IMG/VR virus record: IMGVR_UViG_3300021437_000016
Strand: one strand, 5' to 3'
Source of the DNA: an uncultured virus (IMG/VR IMGVR_UViG_3300021437_000016)
Taxonomy: Duplodnaviria > Heunggongvirae > Uroviricota > Caudoviricetes
DNA length: 64,000 nt
Positions 10,728-20,392 of the stretch are shown here, piece after piece; the stretch's first letter is position 1, and the number at the start of each line of letters is the position of its first letter. Under the pieces are notes generated by a model. The model saw only the letters and a list, made by a program, of their open reading frames with translations, was not told where the DNA came from and made no database searches. The position numbers and the translations under genes are program-made.

Positions 10728-11008
10728 TTCATTGCTTCCTTCGCCAGTTTATCAAATGTCGATGTATATGTGTCGGCCGGCAGCGCGATGTCCATCGCGC
10801 TCGTCAGGAACTTCAGGACCTGTTCTTTCGTGTCGAAATAGAACTCGACCTCAGGGTCCTTCCAAGGCTCGCAGGGGCTGTCGCTCCCGGTCTTGCGTGA
10901 CTCGTTCTGCTTCTGGATCGCAGGGTCTGTGCAGCGGACTTCATAGCCATCGCGTTCGCGTTCGATGCGGATGCAGGAATATCCCATGGTGCCACAAACC
11001 TCGTTCAT
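10724..11008 (-). CDS. hypothetical protein
   Basis: 94-aa ORF filling the gap in the operon; start may be the internal Met near 10987. Confidence 0.6.
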   Translation of the reverse strand: MNEVCGTMGYSCIRIERERDGYEVRCTDPAIQKQNESRKTGSDSPCEPWKDPEVEFYFDTKEQVLKFLTSAMDIALPADTYTSTFDKLAKEAMK

Positions 11009-11029
11009 TTTGGTTCTCTATGAGAAAGT

Positions 11030-11054
11030 GGGGGTGCGCCCCTTACGCACCCCC
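11030..11054 (-). terminator. GC stem-loop after the capsid/decoration genes
   Basis: GGGGGTGCG-7 nt-CGCACCCCC followed on the minus strand by ACTTTCTC. Confidence 0.55.
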
Positions 11055-11071
11055 GCCCCCAGCCCCCCGGC

Positions 11072-11404
11072 TTAGCCGATGGCGATGTAGTGCAGCTCCT
11101 TCGCCGCAATGGCGATGGCGGCAGGCACCTGGAAACCGCGGTAGCCGTTGGTGTTGGTGCCGCCGATCAGCAGGATACCTGCCGTGTCGTCAGTCATCGG
11201 ACCAGCAGCGACGGTCTTCAGAGCATGGCTTGCAGCCATGTCCGAGGTCAGCTCATAGGTGGTGCGGTCGGTGAGGTTGATGAGCTTGACGTAGCGCGGC
11301 TTGAAGCCGCAGGTGACGTCAACAACAGCACCAGCGCCGGTGAAAGAACCCACGGCGTAGTTCGAGACGCCGCCTTCCTGGGTGGTTGCAGAATCAGCTG
11401 CCAT
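11072..11404 (-). CDS. putative capsid decoration/minor head protein
   Basis: 110 aa, small beta-rich protein immediately after the major capsid gene. Confidence 0.6.
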   Translation of the reverse strand: MAADSATTQEGGVSNYAVGSFTGAGAVVDVTCGFKPRYVKLINLTDRTTYELTSDMAASHALKTVAAGPMTDDTAGILLIGGTNTNGYRGFQVPAAIAIAAKELHYIAIG

Positions 11405-11442
11405 GATGAAATTCCCTTATTCGAGATTAGGACCAAGAGTGA

Positions 11443-11462
11443 GGGGGTCCCGAAGAACCCCC
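11443..11462 (-). terminator. UUCG-tetraloop hairpin after the major capsid stop
   Basis: minus strand GGGGGTTC-TTCG-GGACCCCC, without a strong U-tract. Confidence 0.5.
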
Positions 11463-11477
11463 GCACCTTCAGTGGGA

Positions 11478-12512
11478 TTAGGCAGTCGCGCCGACTTCCA
11501 GGCGAGCCATGAAGGCTTCCTGAAGGATGACGGTCGCCGTCCACAGCTTCCAGCCGACGGTGCCGCGCTGACCCAGAGGATCGCCGGCAGCCGGCTTGGG
11601 GTTGACCACCATCGGCGTCATCGAGGACTTGCCCTTCAGCGGAACGATGCCGAAGGCGTCGCGCGCAAAGAACAGGACCGGGTAGACGTCGACGTTGGTC
11701 GAGTTGTGGCGGAGCAGCGGAGCCGTACCGGTGGCCACACCCGCATCGAGGAACGGCTTGGAAACCGTCGTCGCGATGTAGCGCACCTGCTCGACCGATC
11801 CGATCTCACCTTCCCACGGAGTGGTGTGCGGGCCGTAGTCCGCAACCGGCTTGAAGCCGGTCATCTGGCGAATGTCGGTTTCCAGGTCGGGGTGGACGAC
11901 GGCGACGTAGCCGGCTTCGACCGACTTCGTGTTGTAGTCCGCCGACGAGGCGACGATCGAGGTGATCTTCTTGGCGTTCTGGCGGTTCAGAGCCGTGGTG
12001 ACACGACGCTGGTCCGTCAGGCTGATCGCGGAAGCGACGGTCGTGCGACCGGCCACCGAGTTGCCGTAGAAGACGTTGGTGCCCGCCTTGAGGACGTTGT
12101 AACGCAGGGTTTCAACGGTCTCGGCAGCGTTTTCACCAAGGATGTCCGTGGCTTCAGCCAGGATGTTGTCCGGGTGCGTGTCGTTCACCACGTCAGTGAT
12201 GGTGATGTAGTCACCATACTGCGCCAGCTGGACGGTGTAGTCCTGGTTGGCGAGCGACCGACCTTCGGGAGTCACGCCCTCAACCAGCGGCACAAGCGCC
12301 AGAGGGGTGTAGAACTCGCCCGATCCGGAGCCGGCGGCACCGGTGGAGCCCGACAGGAAGTACCGGCGGAACTTCGCGGTCTGCGTCGAGTTGGTCGGAA
12401 GCGGGTAGACCTGACCGAACTTCTCATAGACGAGAAGCGGCAGGGCGCGCTTGAGCATGCGGACGACAGCCCATGCTGCGACTGCGGGTGAAATATCGCC
12501 GTAACTTACCAT
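11478..12512 (-). CDS. major capsid protein, N4-gp56 family
   Basis: 344 aa; YGDIS, LEKFG-like YEKFGQ, KFRRY, LVEGVTP, QYGD, DPLGQRGTVGWK motifs; AGGGAGG SD. Confidence 0.92.
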   Translation of the reverse strand: MVSYGDISPAVAAWAVVRMLKRALPLLVYEKFGQVYPLPTNSTQTAKFRRYFLSGSTGAAGSGSGEFYTPLALVPLVEGVTPEGRSLANQDYTVQLAQYGDYITITDVVNDTHPDNILAEATDILGENAAETVETLRYNVLKAGTNVFYGNSVAGRTTVASAISLTDQRRVTTALNRQNAKKITSIVASSADYNTKSVEAGYVAVVHPDLETDIRQMTGFKPVADYGPHTTPWEGEIGSVEQVRYIATTVSKPFLDAGVATGTAPLLRHNSTNVDVYPVLFFARDAFGIVPLKGKSSMTPMVVNPKPAAGDPLGQRGTVGWKLWTATVILQEAFMARLEVGATA

Positions 12513-12535
12513 TGTGAAGCCTCCCTAAAACTGGC

Positions 12536-13480
12536 CTACGTCTGCATCGGATCAGCGGCGTACCGAGCGAAGGCGGACTCAAAATCCATCGGGTCCTGCC
12601 CGACGGGAATCTGCGTTCGATCACCACTGACTGGGGCCAACGACTCTGCCGCTTGTTTGGCAGCGCTAGACAGCTCAGTTTTAGGGGCTTTGGCTGGGGC
12701 TGGTGCCGGTGCCGAGGCGGGTGCCTGCGATGCCGGAGCAGCTCCAGTTGCCGCCCTGTAACGCCCGATGAGGTCAGCGACCTCCTCCGATGTCCCGGTC
12801 TGCATAACCTGTCTCATGCCGGCTTGCAAGTAGGAAGGTTGCGTATCCACCCAACCAGCTACCTCGGCCTCCAGGTTCTCCGAATAGTCAGGCACAGCCT
12901 GCTTCAGCTCGCCGAGGTGCATGGTGTTACCCATGGTGCGGAGCTGGTCCATCATCGGGCTGACGAAATTGTGAACTTCCGTGAACACGAACTTCATCAG
13001 GTCGTGGTACTCAGCCCGGCGCTTGAGCGACTCTGCAGCCGCCACGTCAGGCCAATTCTTCTCGTACTCCTGCAGGACCCCGACCTCGTCCGGCGTGTAA
13101 ATCTGGATGTCGGCCGGCGGCGCGGTGGGCGCGGGCGCAGGAGGAGCCTTCTGCGGCTGCTGGATCAGGTCAGCCAGACCGCGGACGATCTCGTCAGCCG
13201 TGGGCGCTGCCGGTGCAGGCGGCGGAGGCGGTGTCTCGGACGCAGGAGCCTCAACCGGAGGCGTCTCGGGAGCAGGAGTCTCGGGAGCAGGAGTCTCGGT
13301 CGGAGGTGTCTCAGCAGCAGGAGCCTCAACCGGAGGCGTTTCTGCCGGAGGTGTCTCCGCGGCAGGAGCCTCAACCGGCGGAGTTTCTGCCGGAGGGAAG
13401 TCCGTCGACGACGCTGCTGCAGCTGCGAAGGCTGCGTCGAACGTGCTGCTATCACCTGAGGGGGTCTGGCTGCCAGGCAT
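12536..13480 (-). CDS. capsid scaffolding protein (putative)
   Basis: 314 aa, acidic, Pro-rich N-terminal repeats; between portal and capsid genes. Confidence 0.65.
   Translation of the reverse strand: MPGSQTPSGDSSTFDAAFAAAAASSTDFPPAETPPVEAPAAETPPAETPPVEAPAAETPPTETPAPETPAPETPPVEAPASETPPPPPAPAAPTADEIVRGLADLIQQPQKAPPAPAPTAPPADIQIYTPDEVGVLQEYEKNWPDVAAAESLKRRAEYHDLMKFVFTEVHNFVSPMMDQLRTMGNTMHLGELKQAVPDYSENLEAEVAGWVDTQPSYLQAGMRQVMQTGTSEEVADLIGRYRAATGAAPASQAPASAPAPAPAKAPKTELSSAAKQAAESLAPVSGDRTQIPVGQDPMDFESAFARYAADPMQT
13221..13395 (-). repeat. about 15-bp-period coding repeats (ETPP/VEAPA units)
   Basis: repeated gcaggagcctcaaccgg / gcaggagtctcggg units in the scaffold gene. Confidence 0.75.
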
Positions 13481-13722
13481 TAGTTATCTCCTGAGTTCAT
13501 TATGGCCGGGGGGTCGACCGTTAAGTCACGTAACATTCGGGAAAGATATCGTGCTGTCCCTTGCAGGCGATACATATCCTCCCCGTCAGCTGTGACAAGG
13601 CTTTCTTTCACATTCTCGATTGACAGGCGCACGAGCTCGATCGCAGCCTTTGCCACAGGGTCCTGCAGTTGGGCTGCTTCACGCAGCCTTCGACTGAGTT
13701 CCGCCGTTTGATCCTTCGCCAT
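13480..13722 (-). CDS. small hypothetical head-associated protein
   Basis: 80-aa helical ORF between portal and scaffold genes. Confidence 0.6.
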   Translation of the reverse strand: MAKDQTAELSRRLREAAQLQDPVAKAAIELVRLSIENVKESLVTADGEDMYRLQGTARYLSRMLRDLTVDPPAIMNSGDN

Positions 13723-15793
13723 CTGGTTGTCCGCTGTTCATGAGTGAGATCGCTGTATCGACTGATGCTTTGTTGGCTGCCGTGGTATTCTTCTGGCCCT
13801 GCGACACGTTCTTGAACGCGCCGGCGAGCGTGTCCTTGATCGTCGCCTCCATCATCCGGTTCTGCTGGTCCTGCTGCTGCTGCGCCACCTGCGCCTTCTG
13901 CGCCTGCCGCTGAGATGCCTCGTCCGGAGTGACCAGCATGCCCTGCAGATCGCGCGATGCGAGCTTGGCCTCGATGAACTTGCGCTCGTCGATGTGGTCG
14001 CGCTCCTCCGGCGTCAGGGTCTGGCTCAGCATGTCGATCTGCTGGCCGCGCACTTCCTTGGCGATGAGGCTGGTCGCCCCGCGCGGGATCACGTCGTAGT
14101 CGCCGTCCGGCACCTGGTCCGGGTTGAACTTCTTGTTGAACTCGACCATCGACCAGATCACCGACTGGGTGAAGCTGTCGTAATTGCGCACGATGTCCTT
14201 GAACGGCAGGGCTGCGTCGCTCCGCAGCATGGAGCCGCCCACCGCGGTGCGCATGGCTTCGCTCGGGACCTTGGTCATGTCGCCGCCGGTGCTGGGTCCG
14301 ATGAAGGTCTCCATCTCGGCAAACTCAAGGAACATCCGCACGAGGCCCTGAAGCTCGGCGAGGTGTCCGTCAATCTCCACCCGGCGCACGGCCGGGAACT
14401 GCGCCGATGGTCCGTCATCGTCCCGGTACCAAATCTTGTACGGCTGCACGCCGGTGAGGTCCTGATCGGTCCGCAGCAGCGACGTGTTGATCTCCAGGTT
14501 GGGGCCGCAGGTCACTGACGCGTTGTCGAGCGTCATCCGGGTCGCTGCGCAGATCGACAGCTGGCTGTCGCGCACCACGTAGGGCAGCCCTTGGCTGATG
14601 GGGCTCGTGTCGTCCTCATCGAAGCTGAAGATGTGGACCTGCTGGACCTCCATCCCGAGCTTGCGCCATGCGTTGATGTCCGCCTTGATCACGTAGTTGT
14701 CGACCAACCACAGCTCGGCGTCGATGTCCTCGGTGACCAGCTCATCCGAAACGTCCGCTCCGCAGTCACGCAGGGACTGCCCGCTGACCGGGCCCTTCCA
14801 GATGATGATCTCGTACTTCTCCCGGCCCGAGGTCCCCATCGAGGTGGAGTCCGCCTGGATCGCCGTACCCATGGTCCGCAGCTCGGTCTCCCATGCCTTG
14901 GCCTTGTAGTTGCCGCCGGGGATCGCCCGGAGCACCGTGTCGATCTGGTCCTTCATGAAGTCCGCGCGCTTGCGCAGCTTCTTCAACGCCCCGGTGCCGA
15001 GCACCTTGCGCACGAAGTATCCCTCGCCCGGCAGCGTCCGGCTGCTCATGTCCGGGTAGAAGTCCCACACCGACATGTGGTCGAACTGCGGCTTGTAGGT
15101 GGTGCGGGTCGTCGGCTGGAACTGACCACCCTCGACCATGACCCAGCCCGACTCCTCGACCTTGCGCACGTAGGGCCCTTCGAGGATGCCGATGCCGTAG
15201 CGGATGCCGCTCTCGGCGACCTTGCGGTTGAGCGCCACCCAGTCGAGCGTCTGGTTGCCTCCGAGCTCAAGCAGCTGGTCCTTGATCACCAGCGTGAGCG
15301 CCATCGCGCTGCTGGCGGCAAGCCTGTTGACGGCCGAGTCGATCAGAGACTGTGACGGGACCTGCTGCTGTTGCTCCTGCATCAGCGTCTGCACGGCCTG
15401 CTGGACCGCCTGCGGGTCCATGCTCGGGCTCGGTGAGGCGTTGAGCTCCCAGTTGTCCTCGTTGCCCGGGAACATCAGGTTCATGATCCGCGAGAGCATC
15501 GAGATGCACTTCATCCGCGTGAGTCGCGGGTAAGCCCTCGACCGGTTGCGTGGCAACTCGCGCTCGATGTCCGGGTCGTAGATGCCGAGATACTGCCTCA
15601 GGTTCTTCAGATACCGCTGCTCTGCCGGGATGCGCTCCGATGCATAGCGATCGAACATGCCCTTGAACTTGCCACCAAGCTGCTGAAGCGTGGACCCGCT
15701 GATCTTGCGGACAGGTACTGCCTCACCCTCGACAGCAACGCTCGGTGTGGAGCTCTCATTGATCGCGGTCATAGCGCTCATATCTCGACTCAC
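13679..15793 (-). CDS. portal protein
   Basis: 704 aa directly after terL; RSRAYPRLTRMK, YGIGILEGP, SVWDFYPD, ETFIG motifs; Gln-rich C-terminal barrel. Confidence 0.85.
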   Translation of the reverse strand: MSRDMSAMTAINESSTPSVAVEGEAVPVRKISGSTLQQLGGKFKGMFDRYASERIPAEQRYLKNLRQYLGIYDPDIERELPRNRSRAYPRLTRMKCISMLSRIMNLMFPGNEDNWELNASPSPSMDPQAVQQAVQTLMQEQQQQVPSQSLIDSAVNRLAASSAMALTLVIKDQLLELGGNQTLDWVALNRKVAESGIRYGIGILEGPYVRKVEESGWVMVEGGQFQPTTRTTYKPQFDHMSVWDFYPDMSSRTLPGEGYFVRKVLGTGALKKLRKRADFMKDQIDTVLRAIPGGNYKAKAWETELRTMGTAIQADSTSMGTSGREKYEIIIWKGPVSGQSLRDCGADVSDELVTEDIDAELWLVDNYVIKADINAWRKLGMEVQQVHIFSFDEDDTSPISQGLPYVVRDSQLSICAATRMTLDNASVTCGPNLEINTSLLRTDQDLTGVQPYKIWYRDDDGPSAQFPAVRRVEIDGHLAELQGLVRMFLEFAEMETFIGPSTGGDMTKVPSEAMRTAVGGSMLRSDAALPFKDIVRNYDSFTQSVIWSMVEFNKKFNPDQVPDGDYDVIPRGATSLIAKEVRGQQIDMLSQTLTPEERDHIDERKFIEAKLASRDLQGMLVTPDEASQRQAQKAQVAQQQQDQQNRMMEATIKDTLAGAFKNVSQGQKNTTAANKASVDTAISLMNSGQPDGEGSNGGTQSKAA

Positions 15794-17274
15794 CTGAAAT
15801 GATAGTTCCCGTAAAAATTGCGCGGCGGTGTGAATGCCCCGGCCCCGGTGGCGCTGTATCGCTCATTTTTCTCCACTTGTCGATGGAAGTATCGACACAG
15901 GTAGCCGAACGCATCGCCCGGGTGCGAGTATGCGTTCTTCTCCGGCATGGTCCCGCGCACGTTCTCGCGCTTGTCGAGCGCGTACCGCCACCCACCCTTG
16001 AGCGCCCGGGTCAGCATCGGACAGGCCTGCTCGTCGACGATCAGCGCCGGCATCCCATAGACCAGCTTGGTCGTGTAGTGGTCGATCGCGTTGAGCCGCA
16101 GCGGCAGCCGGTTGTTGGTCTCGATCGAGACCGGGAAGCAACGCTTGATCGTCGCCAGGATCGTACTCTCGTCGTTGGGCGACCGGTTCCCCGCAGCCGG
16201 GTCCGGTGCGATCGTGAACCCGTTGGACGGGAGGTCAGGCATCTCGCGCGCCAGGTACGGCCGCAGCCGCTCATTGATGAACCGTGACGCACCGAGCCCG
16301 CTGGTGATGATCTCACCCAGCACGTGGAGCCTCCCTTCGAGGTCCTCCTGCCCGAAGATCATCGCCGACCCGCCGATCCCAGGGTCATAGCCCCCCACAA
16401 GGTGCATGTTGGGGCTGTACACCAGCCGCGTCGGGGAGATGTGAACCTTCGGGTTGAAGCTCTGGACCACCGGCTTGCCGGCGATCGAGTACCCCCACTC
16501 CGCCTCGATGAACTGCTTGATCCACGCCTCGGACTTGTTCTTGGCTTGGTTGGTGTAGTAGGCCCGCCCACCCGGCAGGTTCTCGACGTTCTCCGCTCCG
16601 GGCGAGTACCCGCTCGGCTGCAGGAAGTAGCGCGCGTTGCGTTCGTCAAGCACCATGCGACGATGCAGGCTGACGCCCTCGCCCGGCTGGATGACGCCCA
16701 AGCCATTGTGCAGATAGTCGAACCACCAGTTGTCCTCGGTGTCCGGGTTGGAAGCTCCCCACATTCCCCAGTTGGACGCCCCACCCTCGACAACGGACGG
16801 ATAGCGTCCGCACCGGGCTGAGAGCGCGTCAACGATGGCCTGGGGAATCTGCACGAACTCATCAAGGATCGCGAAGGTCACTTCGAGCGACAGCACACGC
16901 GCCACGTCGTCCGGGGTATCGAGCGGTCGGAACAGGACCTCGCACTCGACATCGGCATATTTCAGCACGAACTTCTTGTCCGTGGCGTGCCACTTGCCCG
17001 CCTGCCCGTCCTTGAACCACGTGAACCAGCTGTTAAGCGTCGTGTCGCGCAGCTGCGTTGCGGTGTTGCGGACGATCACAGCCCTGGACCGGCGGATACC
17101 ATCAGGCCCCTTCTGCTGCAGGCCAGCCATATAGATCAGCTTGAAGAAGTTCGCCGTCGACTTGCCGGACCCGACCGGACCGATGATCCAGTCATAGAAC
17201 AGCTCTCCGGGGAGATAGTCCTTGATGAAGCGCGAGGCAGTAGCCGGGGGTGTGTACTGGATCGAGTGTGCCAT
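15790..17274 (-). CDS. terL: terminase large subunit
   Basis: Walker A GPVGSGKS, Walker B ILDE, VRNT motif, nuclease GYDPG and SHPGDAFGY. Confidence 0.93.
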   Translation of the reverse strand: MAHSIQYTPPATASRFIKDYLPGELFYDWIIGPVGSGKSTANFFKLIYMAGLQQKGPDGIRRSRAVIVRNTATQLRDTTLNSWFTWFKDGQAGKWHATDKKFVLKYADVECEVLFRPLDTPDDVARVLSLEVTFAILDEFVQIPQAIVDALSARCGRYPSVVEGGASNWGMWGASNPDTEDNWWFDYLHNGLGVIQPGEGVSLHRRMVLDERNARYFLQPSGYSPGAENVENLPGGRAYYTNQAKNKSEAWIKQFIEAEWGYSIAGKPVVQSFNPKVHISPTRLVYSPNMHLVGGYDPGIGGSAMIFGQEDLEGRLHVLGEIITSGLGASRFINERLRPYLAREMPDLPSNGFTIAPDPAAGNRSPNDESTILATIKRCFPVSIETNNRLPLRLNAIDHYTTKLVYGMPALIVDEQACPMLTRALKGGWRYALDKRENVRGTMPEKNAYSHPGDAFGYLCRYFHRQVEKNERYSATGAGAFTPPRNFYGNYHFR

Positions 17275-17277
17275 GGA

Positions 17278-18261
17278 TCATTTCATCGCGTTGGTCAGCC
17301 AGGCCATGAAGCTGGTGTCCGGCTTGGGAATGTCTGGATGGTACTGCGCCGCAGCCGATCGGTTCTCGTCCGCGATCGCTCCCTGGATGAACTGCACCAG
17401 CGGTGCGTTGCGCGGGTCATGCGCTGCCTTGTTGAACGCCGGCATCGACGCTGCGTACATTTTGCCCGTCTCACCGTACTGGCTGCGCCCGGTACCGAGC
17501 CACAGCTCGTGCCAGTCTTTGCCCAACCTGCGTGCTGTTGCCTGCTTGTTCGCCATCGCGATGGGTGTGCGAAGCGTGCTGGTGTAGGGGTCTCCGGTCT
17601 CTGCCAGCCCTGCCTTTACCAGCTTGTCGTGGTTCGCCACGTCAGCCTTCTGCGTCGGGTCGTAGGTCATGACCTGATCGTTGTACTTGACCCCGTTCGC
17701 CCCAAGGTCAGGTCGACCCTCCTTGAGCGTTGTGGCTGCCAGGTCATATGGTGACGCGTTGATGGGAATACCCAACCGCTGCGCGCGGGCGATGGACCGG
17801 ATGTTGGCATAGAGCTCGGGAGCGCCCATCGTGTAGGCCTGGGTCTCGATCCCATCCCCACCCTTGCTGTGGTTCGTCGGGTCCGCCTTGTACATGCCGA
17901 TGCGGGTGGGCATATCCCGCGGAAGCGACTCCGGAGCAAACTGCCCCAGATAGCTGCGCGCCACGGATGCCTCATGCTGTGCCACAAGGCGTGCGTTGGA
18001 CGGTGCTCCAGCCACCCCCGGAACCGGCTCAGGGTCCCGAAGATACGCCGGAACCTGAGCTCTCCGCACAGCCTGGTCGTACATTGCGTTCTGCTCATCC
18101 TGGAACCGCCGGAAGGAGCTGGATGCCTTGCCGATGGTGTCGATCGGATGCGCCACTGCATGACCGACCGCTGATGCGGCGTCGCCAACTGCGTCCACCG
18201 TAGCCCCGGCAGCGCGCTTGATGCCTTCCCAGGTCGGTGCAGCGTAGAGACCAAACGGCAT
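17278..18261 (-). CDS. hypothetical protein between the terminase subunit genes
   Basis: 327-aa ORF with AGGAG SD, tightly packed. Confidence 0.7.
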   Translation of the reverse strand: MPFGLYAAPTWEGIKRAAGATVDAVGDAASAVGHAVAHPIDTIGKASSSFRRFQDEQNAMYDQAVRRAQVPAYLRDPEPVPGVAGAPSNARLVAQHEASVARSYLGQFAPESLPRDMPTRIGMYKADPTNHSKGGDGIETQAYTMGAPELYANIRSIARAQRLGIPINASPYDLAATTLKEGRPDLGANGVKYNDQVMTYDPTQKADVANHDKLVKAGLAETGDPYTSTLRTPIAMANKQATARRLGKDWHELWLGTGRSQYGETGKMYAASMPAFNKAAHDPRNAPLVQFIQGAIADENRSAAAQYHPDIPKPDTSFMAWLTNAMK

Positions 18262-18270
18262 TGGCGGCTC

Positions 18271-18732
18271 CTAGTAATCAGTGCCCAAGTTGATCTGGAT
18301 TGCTAGGGTATTTGCGTTGACAGGTCCACTGGAATCCTCGCCGTTGGACCGCGGGTCGAACCCGGCCCACCGTGATGTCAGCTCAATCAGCTTGGCCTTG
18401 ACGGTCGGAGGGACCTGCTCATGGCTCGCATGGACCATGCGCCATACCTGCTTGAGGTTCTCCTCAGCGATCAGCTTGGCTTTCAGTTTGAAGCTCATCC
18501 CCTCCTGCCGCACCAGCTCGCATGCACCGGCCAGCTCCTTGAGGAACACCGGGTTGCGCCGCAGGGCCATCCACTCCTCCTCGGAGTATCCGTACTCGAT
18601 CCTGATCTCGGCGGGTGAGGCCGTGTTCAGCGCCAGCTCGATGGGGAGTGTGGGGGACCACGCCAGTTGTGTGGGGTTGCGGTCGTCCATGGGGAAGGGG
18701 GCCAAGGCGTTCATGGGCTTTAGATAACCCAC
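18271..18732 (-). CDS. terS: terminase small subunit (putative)
   Basis: first gene of the late arm; N-terminal HTH-like region, helical core, C-terminal IQINLG beta-strand. Confidence 0.65.
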   Translation of the reverse strand: MGYLKPMNALAPFPMDDRNPTQLAWSPTLPIELALNTASPAEIRIEYGYSEEEWMALRRNPVFLKELAGACELVRQEGMSFKLKAKLIAEENLKQVWRMVHASHEQVPPTVKAKLIELTSRWAGFDPRSNGEDSSGPVNANTLAIQINLGTDY

Positions 18733-18884
18733 ACAGGATAGTCTGGCAAGCTGGTGGTGGGCTAACCGATTTCTTCAAGCGACGGTGATTAACCAGTCGT
18801 CGGTTCCCTGCCCCTGGGAGCGTCTGTGCGAGACTCGATGGATGTGTGCTCCTGGGTTGGAGATTTTGCAAGGCTCTATTTTCT

Positions 18885-19017
18885 GGGGCCCCAAATTTTT
18901 CAGGGCCCTAATTTTCCAAGTCACTAGTTCTCCAGGGCCCTAATTTGCGCGGCGTCGGCAGGGGTTTTGGCAGTTTTCTAGGGCCCTAACTTGCGCGGCG
19001 TCGGCAGGGGTTTTGGC
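18885..19017. repeat. GGGCCC-core repeats including two 38-bp direct repeats
   Basis: AGGGCCCTAAYTTGCGCGGCGTCGGCAGGGGTTTTGGC at 18934-18971 and 18980-19017; further GGGCCC cores near 18886 and 18903. Confidence 0.85.
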
Positions 19018-19180
19018 CAATTAAAATTTCTTGGTCGTTATAGTTTGATTTTGGGAAAAATTGCCTGGGCTTTATGAGCGACCATGAACCCCCCACCCCC
19101 CTGCGCACACTCATTCCCCCCTCGGCCCTGCTCCCCCTAAAAGAATGCTTCCCGCTGGGGCAGGGCGTGCCCCTTATCGT

Positions 19181-19209
19181 GTGACAACGCGTTATAGTAC
19201 GTCTATAAG
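19181..19209 (+). promoter_or_regulatory. sigma70-like early promoter
   Basis: GTGACA-17-TATAAG upstream of 19276. Confidence 0.55.
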
Positions 19210-19240
19210 GGGTTCACCGGCTGCAATGACGCAGACGGCA

Positions 19241-19256
19241 ATTAGATAATCTAATC
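19241..19256. promoter_or_regulatory. palindromic element copy 1
   Basis: ATTAGATAATCTAATC, 19 nt before ATG 19276. Confidence 0.85.
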
Positions 19257-19275
19257 AATCAAAGGATAATTCGTT

Positions 19276-20076
19276 ATGCGCAAGACCATCAAGACCGCTC
19301 GCCCTGCAATGCAGCTTGTCGCCAAGCAGGCTGAGCCGGTTGATCCGTTCGCTGCAACGTTCAAGCTGTTGCCTGCCGATGCATCAGCACAACGCGACGC
19401 TATCGTAGCCATCGCCCCGCTTGCCTTCTCCTTTGAGAAGTCGCACGCAAACCTTGTGTCATTCGTGGCACAAGCCCTTGGCGACAAGCCTAGCGACGCT
19501 ATCAAGCTGGCCGTCACTGTTGAGCTCAAGACTGGCCGGATCGCTGCCCGCATGTCTGAAACGTTCTGGACCGAAACGGTCAAGATCGCCGATGCCGTTG
19601 CCCGTATGGATTGGGTCCGCGACCAGATCAGCAAGCCCACGGCTGAACGGCATGAGGGGATCAAGAAGCCCCTCAACGCGGCTAACGTCTGGGCCTGCTC
19701 GATCTTCGCAGCGACTGGCCACGGCAAGGGCAAGACGATCAAGCAGCGCAACGCCCAACAGAAGGCAAAGCAGACTGCCAAGTCTGACACTGCCGCGCCG
19801 TCGCACAATGAGCTGGCAAGCAAGACCGGCGCGTTCAAGACACGCGAGGCCGTGACGGCCTATGTCGACCAGATGGCAGCAACGTTGCTGGCCTTCGCCA
19901 ATAAGCACGCTGGCCCGATGCCTCTTGCCTATGGCGACGCCATCCACGCGTTCAAGTCAGCGATTGACACAGCGCACAAGCAGCTGGCTGATGCCACTGC
20001 TGAACACGCTGCCAAGTCCAAGGGCAAGGCACCTGCCAAGTCCAAGGGCAAGGCACCTGCCAAACGCAAGGACTGA
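19276..20076 (+). CDS. Ala/Lys-rich first early protein with histone-like C-terminal repeat
   Basis: 266 aa, AAAGGA SD; AKSKGKAP encoded twice by a 24-bp repeat at 20011-20058. Confidence 0.8.
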   Translation: MRKTIKTARPAMQLVAKQAEPVDPFAATFKLLPADASAQRDAIVAIAPLAFSFEKSHANLVSFVAQALGDKPSDAIKLAVTVELKTGRIAARMSETFWTETVKIADAVARMDWVRDQISKPTAERHEGIKKPLNAANVWACSIFAATGHGKGKTIKQRNAQQKAKQTAKSDTAAPSHNELASKTGAFKTREAVTAYVDQMAATLLAFANKHAGPMPLAYGDAIHAFKSAIDTAHKQLADATAEHAAKSKGKAPAKSKGKAPAKRKD

Positions 20077-20091
20077 CACTTCCTACTGACT

Positions 20092-20124
20092 AGCCCCGCC
20101 GGGATATCCCGGCGGGGCTTTTTT
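20092..20124 (+). terminator. Rho-independent terminator
   Basis: AGCCCCGCCGGGA-TA-TCCCGGCGGGGCT followed by a T run. Confidence 0.9.
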
Positions 20125-20231
20125 GCGTCCATCGCAGACGTGACCCGCACTATCCTCGCACGCAACGCCTGACACGTCATAGTAGTGCGGTGCGGTACGG
20201 CGGCCCCGATCAATGCGTGGCTAGGTGATCC

Positions 20232-20248
20232 GATTAGATAATCTAATC
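20232..20248. promoter_or_regulatory. palindromic element copy 2
   Basis: GATTAGATAATCTAATC. Confidence 0.85.
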
Positions 20249-20314
20249 AGCAACGCGTTACAGTGTGTCATAGTAGTTGCTGACGGTTGGCGCATGGCGA
20301 TGCACAAGGCTCAA

Positions 20315-20330
20315 ATTAGATTATCTAATC
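20315..20330. promoter_or_regulatory. palindromic element copy 3
   Basis: ATTAGATTATCTAATC. Confidence 0.85.
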
Positions 20331-20392
20331 AACACACCATAACGCGTTTTCTGTATGATGGGTACAGCAACACGTGACAACGCATTTTCTGT

